From the NCBI GenBank assembly GCA_963816145.1, contig CAWFJP010000031.1, positions 448,001 to 512,000 of the forward strand: a stretch of 64,000 nt of DNA. Direction: 5' to 3'. The stretch's first letter is position 1, and every line of letters begins with the position of its first letter. Both the position numbers and the translations under genes were made by a program. Below, piece by piece: positions 48,284 to 56,888 of this stretch. This DNA comes from an uncultured delta proteobacterium. Its GTDB lineage: Bacteria > Desulfobacterota > Binatia > UBA9968. A model generated the notes under the pieces. It had not been told where the DNA came from. It made no database searches and saw nothing but the letters and a program-made list of their open reading frames with translations.

Positions 48284-49756
48284 ATGAAGCATTCCGCCAA
48301 GACACCGCAATTTGAAGAACTTAGATCGCTGGATCTGCAAAAGTGCCATAGCGTCGGCGACATCGTCGAGGCCATGCGCTACTGCGCCTTCGGCGCGCGC
48401 ATGCTCGGCGAGGCGGCCAAGACCATTTGCGAGATGGCGTCGGCAAAGGACAAGCCGGTGTTGATCTACGATGGTCTGGAGAAAACCCCGCTGGGGCGAC
48501 TGCTCCAGAGCTTCGTCAAGAAAGGCTGGTGCCGCCGGATCGTTACGCCGGCTGCTTTTGCCAGGCAGAAGGCGCGCTGCGGCAATGTCATCGTCGTCGG
48601 CGCGTTCAGCGAGCGCGACGCCGAAGCGATCTACAAGAAGCCCAAGCGCGCGATCTTTATCAATCCCTTCGACATGGCGCGGCCGGGACAGGTGCGCGAT
48701 GGATTTTTTCCTGACGCGGTGTTCGCCGATCCGCGCTACATCATGCCGGTGATTTACGTGGCCCTCGACGAGTGGTTGAACGGCAAGCGCTGCTCGGTGA
48801 GTTCTTTTATTTCTCGCCTGGCAGCGAACGGCGGTGTGGCGGCGCAGGTGGCGCGCGGCGCTACAGCATTGGAGGCGATGACCGGCGACAAGGACTGCGT
48901 GCGCTTTCTCACCATCAGCGGCGCCATGACCGTCGGCAAGATGGATCTGATCATCTGTGACATGATCGAGCAGGGTTTGATTCACGCGATCTCGTCCACC
49001 GGCGCGCTGATGGCCCATGGCTTGGTTTCGTCCATCGGGCTCAAACACTACAAATACAATCCCAAGTACGATGACACCGAGCTGGCGCGGCGCAAACTCA
49101 ACCGCGTCACCGATACCTTGGAACCGGAGACCAATCTGGACACCGTCGAGGAGGTGATCGGCAAGGTCATCGATAAGATCGACGGCAAGCAGATGCTCAG
49201 CCCGACGGCGTTCAATAAGCTGATTGGCAAGCATCTGGCCGAGAACTATCCCAACGATCGCGGCGTGTTGAAGTCGGCCTACCTGCACGACGTGCCGGTT
49301 TTCGTGCCAGCGTTCGTCGATTCGGAGCTGGGCAACGATATCTATATTCACAACATCAAACGGCGCCGGCGCGGTAAGAAGCCGATCCTGATGGACCTGG
49401 AACTGGATAGCAAAGAGTTGATTCGTGTCGTGACCGGTCCGAAGCGTTTCGGAATCTTATCCATCGGCGGCGGCGTGCCGCGTAACAACGTGCAAAATGT
49501 CGCGCCGCTGATCGAGATCATCAACGAACGGCTGGGGCCGACTTTCCCCAATCGCAGATTCAGTTATGGCGTGAGGATCTGCCCCGACAAACCTCACTTC
49601 GGCCACCTCTCCGGGTGTACCTATTCCGAAAACGAATCATGGCGCAAAGCCGAAAAGAACGGCATTTATGCCGAGATGTTGGCCGACGCGACTCAGGTCT
49701 GGCCGTTTTTGGTTAAGTATGTGATCGAGAAACGGTCGGGTCGAGTAGACAGATAG
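48284..49756 (+). CDS. deoxyhypusine synthase family protein with an extra degenerate N-terminal DHS-like domain
   Basis: FLTISGAMT, STGA..H, NRVTD, VPVFVPAF.DSELG, IGGGVP, GHLSGCT.SE..SW.K and ADAT..P motifs. Confidence 0.9.
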   Translation: MKHSAKTPQFEELRSLDLQKCHSVGDIVEAMRYCAFGARMLGEAAKTICEMASAKDKPVLIYDGLEKTPLGRLLQSFVKKGWCRRIVTPAAFARQKARCGNVIVVGAFSERDAEAIYKKPKRAIFINPFDMARPGQVRDGFFPDAVFADPRYIMPVIYVALDEWLNGKRCSVSSFISRLAANGGVAAQVARGATALEAMTGDKDCVRFLTISGAMTVGKMDLIICDMIEQGLIHAISSTGALMAHGLVSSIGLKHYKYNPKYDDTELARRKLNRVTDTLEPETNLDTVEEVIGKVIDKIDGKQMLSPTAFNKLIGKHLAENYPNDRGVLKSAYLHDVPVFVPAFVDSELGNDIYIHNIKRRRRGKKPILMDLELDSKELIRVVTGPKRFGILSIGGGVPRNNVQNVAPLIEIINERLGPTFPNRRFSYGVRICPDKPHFGHLSGCTYSENESWRKAEKNGIYAEMLADATQVWPFLVKYVIEKRSGRVDR

Positions 49757-49900
49757 TGTGCTGGCATAGGCTTGGACAAGGTTTTCGCGCCAATGTCTTG
49801 GCCGACCGCCGGCACTTTTTTGCTTGGGAAATCCTCTCTCAACTCCCGTTTAGACCCAACCATCGATAAATCGATCCGGCGTGCGAAAGGAACCCTCCCC

Positions 49901-51043
49901 ATGACCGCAAAACCAAGCCTTTCAATCCTTGCGACGGTTCTCCTAGCGCTGTTCATAGCGCTGATCGCCTCGTTGAGCCGAGCCGCTGAAGTAAAGCCGG
50001 CGACCTGGCAAACTGAGTGGGACAAGACCATCAGAGCTGCCGAGGAAGAGGGCGCGGTCAACATTTACATGACCTCGGCGTTCGAGTCGGTGTTTCGCGA
50101 CGCGTTTCAGAAGAAATATCCTAAGATCAAAGTCACTTCAGTGGTCGGCCGTGGATTTCAGCTCGGCCAGCGGGTGATGAGCGAGCGGCGCGGCGAAAAA
50201 TATATTCCTGATCTGTGCATCACCGGCAACGTCACACCGTTGACGGTGTTTCACAAAGCCAAGATCCTAGAGCCGATCAAACCGTTGTTGCTGCTGCCCG
50301 AGATTCTCAACGAAGCCAATTGGTACGAGGGCAAGCATCATTACAACGATCCGGAGAACCGTTACATCTTCGTCTTCGAAGGGACGCCGCGGGCGGGCGA
50401 TATCACGTTCAACACCAAGCTAGTCAACGCCGCGGAGATTCGCTCCTACTGGAATCTGCTCGAGCCAAAGTGGAGGGGGAAGATCGTCACTATCGATCCG
50501 CTGGTGGCGGGACCGATCAATACGCCGCAGATCTTTTTCTACAAGCATCCCGAGCTCGGCCCGGAGTTTCTGCGCCGGCTCTACGCTGAGACCAATATGA
50601 CCATCGTGCGCTCGGATGACCAGTTGATGGATTGGCTCAGCACGGGTCGCCACGCGCTGGGCTTCGGCGCTCGCGATGTCGATAAAGCGATCGCTCAGGG
50701 GCTGCCGATCAACCAATTCGTGCCCGATCATATGAAGGAAGGCGCGTCATTGGCGACCTACAATGGAACGCTCAGTTTCTTCAACCGCGCGCCGCATCCC
50801 AATGCCGCGAAAGTCGCGGTCAATTGGCTGCTCTCCAGAGAAGGGCAGAGCACTTGGCTGGAACACAATGCCAAGACCTTTGGCCAGTACGATTCGTTGC
50901 GCGAAGATATTCCCAAAGACAAAGTTCTCGATCTCGCCAAGCGCGTCAAAGGCGGGCGCTATCTATGGATCAAGACCGAGTGGATCGATGAGGTAGATAC
51001 CGTCCGCGAGTTAGTCAAAAAGGCGTTGCCGGCGAAACAGTGA
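49901..51043 (+). CDS. ABC extracellular solute-binding protein
   Basis: Signal peptide; W.KTI.AA.EEG, FQKKYP, LLEPKWRG and APHPNAAK..NWLLSREGQ. Confidence 0.9.
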   Translation: MTAKPSLSILATVLLALFIALIASLSRAAEVKPATWQTEWDKTIRAAEEEGAVNIYMTSAFESVFRDAFQKKYPKIKVTSVVGRGFQLGQRVMSERRGEKYIPDLCITGNVTPLTVFHKAKILEPIKPLLLLPEILNEANWYEGKHHYNDPENRYIFVFEGTPRAGDITFNTKLVNAAEIRSYWNLLEPKWRGKIVTIDPLVAGPINTPQIFFYKHPELGPEFLRRLYAETNMTIVRSDDQLMDWLSTGRHALGFGARDVDKAIAQGLPINQFVPDHMKEGASLATYNGTLSFFNRAPHPNAAKVAVNWLLSREGQSTWLEHNAKTFGQYDSLREDIPKDKVLDLAKRVKGGRYLWIKTEWIDEVDTVRELVKKALPAKQ

Positions 51044-51045
51044 TA

Positions 51046-51080
51046 GTTCCAATCGTTCCAGTCGTTCCAAAGGTTCCAAC
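51046..51080. repeat. 9-mer tandem repeat (GTTCCAnnn)x4
   Basis: gttccaatcgttccagtcgttccaaaggttccaa. Confidence 0.75.
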
Positions 51081-51108
51081 TGTTAGGCAATGAGTGAGGG
51101 AAGAGCAC

Positions 51109-52263
51109 ATGAAACATAGTACCGAGCGGATTTTGGTCTCGCATGTCGGCAGTTTGGCGCGGCCCAAGGATTTGATGGAGATGTTAGTGGCGCGCAATGA
51201 TGGCAAACCATACGACAGCGTGGCGCTGGCGAAACGGCTGAGCGAGTCGGTCGCCGAGGTGGTGCAGAAGCAGATCGAATGCGGCATCGACGTGGTCAAC
51301 GATGGCGAAATGGGCAAATCGAATTTCTCCCGCTATACCAAAGAGCGCCTCGGCGGCGTCGTCGAACGCGCCGCGGCCCCCGACTTCAAGCCGACATCGA
51401 TCTTTGGCCGCGACATGAAGGAGTTCACCGAGTATTTCAACCGCGGCGGCCGAACTTCCATCGGCCATCATGCGCGGGTGTTTTATTGCGTCGAGCCGCT
51501 CAAGTATGTCGGCCAGGACGAGGTCAACGCCGATATCGCCAATTTGACAGCCGCGCTCCAAGGCAAGCAATACGCCGAAGGATTTCTCCCGGCCATCGCT
51601 CCCGGCACCATGGAGCACTGGATGAAGAACGAATTTTACAAAACCGCCGGAGAGTATCTTTTCGCCATCGCCACGGCGATGCGCGAAGAATACCAAGCGA
51701 TCGTCGGCGCCGGCTTTGTCTTGCAGATCGATGATCCCGATCTCGCCGACGCCTGGCAGATGCATCCGGAGATGAATTTGGCGGACTATCGCAAGTATCA
51801 GGAGCTGCGCATTGACGCGCTCAACCACGCGCTTAAGGACTTACCAGAAGATCGCATTCGCTTTCACATGTGCTGGGGCAGCTATCATGGGCCGCATAAG
51901 TACGATGTGCCGCTCAAGGACATCGCCGATCTGATTCTCAAAGTGAAAGCGAGCGCCTACTCTATCGAGGCGTCCAACCCCTGCCACGATCACGAGTGGC
52001 GTGTCTGGCAGGACGTGAAGTTGCCCGACGGCAAGATGCTCATGCCCGGCGTCATCGGCCACTACAGCGACTTCATCGAGCATCCGCGCGCCATCGCTGA
52101 CCGCTTGGTGCGTTACGCCAAGATCGTCGGTAAGGAAAACGTTATTGCCGGCACGGATTGCGGCATCGGCTCGCGGGTCGGTCATCCGCAAGTGGGCTGG
52201 GCGAAGTTTCAGGCGATGGCCGAAGGGGCGCGCATCGCGAGTAAAGAATTGTGGGGAAGATAG
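51109..52263 (+). CDS. cobalamin-independent methionine synthase II family (single-barrel MetE-like) protein
   Basis: HVGSL.RP, DGE, LQIDDP, HMCWG and GTDCG Zn-ligand motifs. Confidence 0.9.
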   Translation: MKHSTERILVSHVGSLARPKDLMEMLVARNDGKPYDSVALAKRLSESVAEVVQKQIECGIDVVNDGEMGKSNFSRYTKERLGGVVERAAAPDFKPTSIFGRDMKEFTEYFNRGGRTSIGHHARVFYCVEPLKYVGQDEVNADIANLTAALQGKQYAEGFLPAIAPGTMEHWMKNEFYKTAGEYLFAIATAMREEYQAIVGAGFVLQIDDPDLADAWQMHPEMNLADYRKYQELRIDALNHALKDLPEDRIRFHMCWGSYHGPHKYDVPLKDIADLILKVKASAYSIEASNPCHDHEWRVWQDVKLPDGKMLMPGVIGHYSDFIEHPRAIADRLVRYAKIVGKENVIAGTDCGIGSRVGHPQVGWAKFQAMAEGARIASKELWGR

Positions 52264-52265
52264 AT

Positions 52266-52325
52266 AAGGATGAGGGATGAAGGCGGAAGGATGAAGCGCG
52301 CAGCGTTGCGGCGCTTCATCCGCCG
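52266..52325. repeat. heptamer (AAGGATG) inverted-repeat element
   Basis: aaggatgagggatgaaggcggaaggatgaagcg..cgcttcatccgcc. Confidence 0.75.
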
Positions 52326-52338
52326 TCGTTCGCTCAAC

Positions 52339-52908
52339 TTACTTCAAAGCTAGAACCTGGCGGCCATATTCTCGCACTAGAATTTCGCGATCTTCGGACG
52401 GCGGCAAATTGCGCAAACGGTCTTCAATCCGGCTCCGTTCGTCTTGTTTTAGTTCGTTCCAACGGTCGATTTCTTTCTTGAGCCGGTCGCGTTCCTCGAT
52501 GGTGAGAGGAGCGACGGGCGGCGCGGCAGTGGGGGTTTTAACCGCAGGAGGCTGCGCGCCTAGGACCACCGCGCTATGCGGCCGGCCGTCCTGATCGTAA
52601 ACCATTGCAAAGTTCTGATAGCCGATGGTCGAAATCAGCGAGCGAACCGCCGGTTCGAAGGGCTGACGATCAAGGCGCAGATTGACGGTTTTCGCATCTG
52701 TCGATGGCGGCACGACAATGGTGAACCCGGTTTTGGCGTGAAACGCATCGAGAGCGAATCGTACCGGCGTCTGATTGAAGGCAACGGAGACCTCGCCATT
52801 TTTGACATCGACCCAGTCCTGGTAAGGGTCGCCCTCGCCGCTTTGGGCGAAGGCCGAGGTCGTCGCTAACGGCGCCAACAGGATTGCCACTTTCAAAGTG
52901 TTCTTCAT
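52339..52908 (-). CDS. exported hypothetical protein (STN-like N-domain, helical C-tail)
   Basis: Signal peptide ..SAFA; VSVAFNQTPV.FAL..KTG..VNLRL..FE.AV..L resembles a secretin/TonB N domain. Confidence 0.6.
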   Translation of the reverse strand: MKNTLKVAILLAPLATTSAFAQSGEGDPYQDWVDVKNGEVSVAFNQTPVRFALDAFHAKTGFTIVVPPSTDAKTVNLRLDRQPFEPAVRSLISTIGYQNFAMVYDQDGRPHSAVVLGAQPPAVKTPTAAPPVAPLTIEERDRLKKEIDRWNELKQDERSRIEDRLRNLPPSEDREILVREYGRQVLALK

Positions 52909-53112
52909 CGCTTTGTCCCCCGGTCGTTCTAGACGGTTATCAGCAACTACCATGCCTCGTCCGGAAGCTTCCTCGATTGCCAAAGAGTTCGTGGTATTGA
53001 CCAGGGTCATCCGTGAACTGGGCAATTTGCCGTGGAATAAAGGAACAAAGTTGTACCGGGCGACGCACTCGCTGTTCGAATCCATTCGCCCACGACCGCG
53101 GCGTGATGAAAG

Positions 53113-54327
53113 TTAATCGATGCTATGCGCTTTGCGCATGCTGGCGATGAGCGAGGTGCGCAGGAGAAACTCTCTGTGGCTTTTCGGATCCTCGGCAGTG
53201 GCGCGCAGCTCGTCGAAGCGCGCTTGGCGCGCCTTGGGTTCGCGCTCTTCGAGACGCTTCTTGTTTGCGATGGTTTGTTCTTGCACCGATTCGATGTTGC
53301 TGATGCGCCGCCGCCGCGAATAACGGTCGAGCAACGCATGGTCGGCTTGATGCTCGATAATCTCACGCAGGGTGTCGACCAGCTCCATGGCGTCGTGAAT
53401 GCCGCTATTCAAGCCGAGCCCGCCGACGGAGTTGTTAACATGGGCCGAATCCCCGGCCAGCATCACGCGTCCTTTGCGAAAAGTCGCGGCGACGCGCTGG
53501 TGCACTTTGTAGAGGTTGCGATGGACGACGTTGTAGCGCCGGTTCAAGGGATAAACGCGCTGCAATCGCGAGTAGGTCGATTCGTCGCCCAGCGCTTGCT
53601 CGTCGCTTTCCTCGACTTTGGTCGGAAACACCGCGCGCCAGCGCCCCTTGCCGTCGTCGCCGGCGACTTTGAATAGATTGGTCCATTCATCCGGATCGGC
53701 GAGATAGTTGCGATAACAGCAGCCATCGAGCAGTTGCTGAAAATCTTCCGTCGTCGTCAGCACGAGAAAATTTTCCGGCCAGGTGAACCCCTCGAACTCG
53801 ATCTCCAGGGCCTTGCGCACCGTGCTGCGCCCGCCGTCTGCGCCGATCACCCAATCGCCGCGAAACGATTCCAGGCCATTCGGCCCTTCGGCAACGACCG
53901 TGGCGCTGTCCGAGTCCTGAATGACGCCGATGACCCGGGTCGAGAAGCGCACCTCGACATCCGGAAAGGCTTTCAACCGCTCGATGCCCATGCGCGCGAG
54001 CTTGTGCTGTTCGGTCTGAACGACAAATGGATAGGCAGTCTCGTCGCGCAATAGCTCGTGGTCGAACTGAACGATTTGAGTCCGCGTCGGCTTGTCCCAA
54101 AACTGAAAATAGCGCGCCACCAGCCCTTCCTTGATGAACTGATCGATCAGTCCGACCCGCGCGATTATCTCCAACGTCGACGGATGGGTGGTCGCCGCCC
54201 GCGGGTTGTCGTCGACGACCGAATCGGCTTCGAGCAAAGTGACGGCGTAGCCGCACTGCGCCAGCGCGAGGGCGGAGACCACGCCGACCGGTCCAGCGCC
54301 GCCGATGATGATGCGGGTTTGAGACAT
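53113..54327 (-). CDS. FAD-dependent monooxygenase (MhpA/PheA-like)
   Basis: GGAGPVG, IGADGGRSTVR and GRVMLAGDSAH..GGLGLNSGIHDA motifs. Confidence 0.95.
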   Translation of the reverse strand: MSQTRIIIGGAGPVGVVSALALAQCGYAVTLLEADSVVDDNPRAATTHPSTLEIIARVGLIDQFIKEGLVARYFQFWDKPTRTQIVQFDHELLRDETAYPFVVQTEQHKLARMGIERLKAFPDVEVRFSTRVIGVIQDSDSATVVAEGPNGLESFRGDWVIGADGGRSTVRKALEIEFEGFTWPENFLVLTTTEDFQQLLDGCCYRNYLADPDEWTNLFKVAGDDGKGRWRAVFPTKVEESDEQALGDESTYSRLQRVYPLNRRYNVVHRNLYKVHQRVAATFRKGRVMLAGDSAHVNNSVGGLGLNSGIHDAMELVDTLREIIEHQADHALLDRYSRRRRISNIESVQEQTIANKKRLEEREPKARQARFDELRATAEDPKSHREFLLRTSLIASMRKAHSID

Positions 54328-54429
54328 GGTTACGATACCCAAAGAATTATGTTGCGAATAATCTTTAGCTTGAAGTTGGTTGCTCACTCAAGAGATAACG
54401 ACTGGCAATGTTCGCTGTCCTTGGAAATG

Positions 54430-54463
54430 AAAAGGCCCGGTCGATGTGACCCGGGCCGATTTT
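54430..54463 (-). terminator. intrinsic terminator
   Basis: aaaa-ggcccgg..ccgggcc-gatttt hairpin after the dehydrogenase gene. Confidence 0.65.
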
Positions 54464-54490
54464 GCGTTGCTAAAAAAGTTGTTGAAAGGG

Positions 54491-55516
54491 TTACACCCCG
54501 CCAAAGCCCTCATCCTGCGCTTCAGCCAATAACCACGGATCTTTGATTTCCGTCGTTGGGCCTCTACCGCTTAATACGCCGACGACTTCCCGCGCTGCGT
54601 GGCTTTGGCAGTCGACGTACGACTCGTCGGAGTTGGCCGACGTGTGGCAGGTAACGATGACGTTCGGTAATGTCAGGATTTTGTGGTCGGCGGGCAGTGG
54701 TTCGGGGTCGGTGACGTCTAGGGCTGCCCCGGAGAGTTCACCGGTAACCAAGGCGTCATATAGTGCGTCAGTGTCGACCAAGCCGCCGCGGGCGCAATTG
54801 ATAAGGTAGGCGCTCTTTTTCATCATCTTGAATTGCGGCATGCCGAACATGTGGCGGGTTTGTTTGGTCAGCGGCGCATGGACACTGATGAAGTCGGAGG
54901 TTTTCACCAACTCATCGAAGGAGACCATCTTCACATTCATCTGCTCGGCGACCTTCGGATCGAGATAGGGATCGAAGGTTTGCACGTTCAAGCGCATGCC
55001 CTGGGCGCGCGGCGCGACCTGCTTGCCGACATGGCCCAAGCCGACGATGCCCATGGTGCAACCTTGGATTCGATAAACTCTACCGCGGTAGGCGTGCAGT
55101 TCCGCTGTATGGCGCTTCCACTTGCCGTCGTGGACATATTGGTTCATGCGCATGAGCTTGCGCGAGATCGCGATCATCAGCCCAATGGCCTGCTCCGAGA
55201 CTTCGATGGAGTTACATCCGGCGGCGTTGCAAATGATCAAACCATATTCTTTGGCGGCGGCGAGATCCATGCGGTCGACGCCGACGCCGGTGCGGGCGAC
55301 GACTTTGACCCGTTTCATTTTACTGATGGTATCCCGCGACAGCGGCACTGAGCCGTGCATGATGATGCCGTCGGCATCTTTAGACATTTCGACCACGTCG
55401 GCCTCGGTGACCGGGCGGCGGATAGTCATGTCGGCGTCGATTTCTTTCAGAATCGGCTTGAGTAGATCGACCGGCACATCGTTGCTGCCAAAATAAACTA
55501 CGTGAAACTTACCCAT
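54491..55516 (-). CDS. D-isomer-specific 2-hydroxyacid dehydrogenase (CtBP-like)
   Basis: RTGVGVD, GIVGLGHVG, SVHAPLT, INCARG and ALDVT..EP..H motifs. Confidence 0.95.
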   Translation of the reverse strand: MGKFHVVYFGSNDVPVDLLKPILKEIDADMTIRRPVTEADVVEMSKDADGIIMHGSVPLSRDTISKMKRVKVVARTGVGVDRMDLAAAKEYGLIICNAAGCNSIEVSEQAIGLMIAISRKLMRMNQYVHDGKWKRHTAELHAYRGRVYRIQGCTMGIVGLGHVGKQVAPRAQGMRLNVQTFDPYLDPKVAEQMNVKMVSFDELVKTSDFISVHAPLTKQTRHMFGMPQFKMMKKSAYLINCARGGLVDTDALYDALVTGELSGAALDVTDPEPLPADHKILTLPNVIVTCHTSANSDESYVDCQSHAAREVVGVLSGRGPTTEIKDPWLLAEAQDEGFGGV

Positions 55517-55521
55517 GTGAA

Positions 55522-56655
55522 TTAAACCTCCAGTCCGTAAAAGCGCTTCGGATTGTCCCATAAAATTTTCCGGCGCGCTTCTTGTGAGAGATGATCATTC
55601 TTCGTGAGATCGCCGACGGTGCGATCGGGAAACTTGCCGATGCAGTCGCTATGCGGATAGTCGGTGGCGACCAGCAGATAATCTTCGCCGACATGCTCGA
55701 CGAAGACCGACGCCAACTCTTCGCCGGCTTCGGCGCTGGCCCAGCATTGGCGCTTGAAATAAAAGCTCGGTTTTTCTTTGGTCGTCTTGGCCTGGCCGTG
55801 GCCTTCGTGTTCCCAGTGCTCGTCCATGCGCTCCAACCAGAACGGCACCCAGCCGCAGCCCGACTCCAAATGGGCGACTTTGAGTTTGGGAAACCGTTCC
55901 AACACGCCGTCGGCGCAGAGGTTCAAACAGGCGAGCATTTGCTCCAACGGATGGCAGGCGATATGGCGGCCGAATTCACTGTAGCGGTCCGAGCCGGCTT
56001 GCGCCAGCACGGTGCGCGCGCCTTCGTGCACGCAGACGGTCATGCCGAGGTCGGCGGCGGTTTCGTAGATCGGATAATAATCCGGACTCGACATGGTCCG
56101 GCCGCAGATCTTGTTGGGTCGCCAGAAGATTCCGACCAGCCCGAGTTTCTTGGCGTGTTTCAATTCTTCCACCGCGCGAGCGGGATCCTGCAACGGCAGC
56201 AAGGCGACGCCGTAGAGCCGCTTGTTGCTGACGCTGCAATAGTCCGACATCCAGGTGTTGTAGGCGCGGCAGATTGCGGCGGAAAGCTCGGGATCCAAAT
56301 TATCGCGCCACATGATGTAGAGGCCGACGGTGGGGAAGAGCACGCCGAGATCGACGCCTTCTTTATCCATATCGCGAACGTTGGACGCGCTATCGAACTT
56401 CGAAGCCAGGGCGTCGGCGAAGGTCTCGCGCCATTTTTTCGAGGCGGCGAAAGTAAAGCCGAAGTCTTCTTGTTTCGTCGCGTCGCGCAACCGGTCGGCG
56501 TCGGAAATCAGCTCGCCATCGACGCGCCGGTAGGATTGATTGGGCCCTTTGATTTCGACCCGGCTGCGGAATTTCTCGGGTAAATATTTGGCAAATAGAT
56601 CCGACGGCTCGAGCACATGGCGGTCGGCGTCGATGACCTTGAATCCATCTCTCAT
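55522..56655 (-). CDS. amidohydrolase family protein (Amidohydro_2)
   Basis: IDADRH..EP, LFPT, YNTW, VHEG, ERFPKL..LESG and TDYPH motifs. Confidence 0.9.
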   Translation of the reverse strand: MRDGFKVIDADRHVLEPSDLFAKYLPEKFRSRVEIKGPNQSYRRVDGELISDADRLRDATKQEDFGFTFAASKKWRETFADALASKFDSASNVRDMDKEGVDLGVLFPTVGLYIMWRDNLDPELSAAICRAYNTWMSDYCSVSNKRLYGVALLPLQDPARAVEELKHAKKLGLVGIFWRPNKICGRTMSSPDYYPIYETAADLGMTVCVHEGARTVLAQAGSDRYSEFGRHIACHPLEQMLACLNLCADGVLERFPKLKVAHLESGCGWVPFWLERMDEHWEHEGHGQAKTTKEKPSFYFKRQCWASAEAGEELASVFVEHVGEDYLLVATDYPHSDCIGKFPDRTVGDLTKNDHLSQEARRKILWDNPKRFYGLEV

Positions 56656-56888
56656 GATTTGGCTCCTTTCGAATAACCTACGCGAGTCGCGGGACTGATG
56701 AAAAACTTGAACGTCCATAAATAGGCTGAGTTGGCAGAGGGAGTCAACAGCAGGAAGGCGTGAGGCTTGAGGCGCGAGTAAGAGAACGGGGAGTCAGGAG
56801 TCAGGAGTTCGGACAGCTGCTTTCTTCGCCATCCAGTTTTACTGCATAGACGGAGCACGCGCAGTCGTAGTAGATTGGCGCGCAAGTT

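Noticed and set aside
48152-49351. Long antisense ORFs (e.g. 48152-49351, 11261-12235, 55591-56583, 34615-35520)
   Set aside because: Shadow frames of well-supported genes in GC-rich DNA, with no motifs of their own
48284-49756. Evidence of eIF5A-type hypusination or archaeal/eukaryotic origin
   Set aside because: Context and codon style are bacterial, and bacterial DHS homologues are known from polyamine metabolism
51109-52263. Calling this gene metE
   Set aside because: It has only a single barrel without the N-terminal folate-binding half; such proteins are often not methionine synthases
52933-53035. Possible c-di-GMP-I riboswitch on the minus strand upstream of the exported protein (GGCAAA..AAGCTTCCGG..GGTAG..AACCG)
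   Set aside because: Lacks the GAAA tetraloop and the GACGCAAAGC junction; the resemblance is partial and would need an Infernal/Rfam search
54380-54420. SAM-I riboswitch-like words (TCAAGAG..GACTGGC)
   Set aside because: Wrong strand for the flanking genes, and the remaining conserved helices are absent
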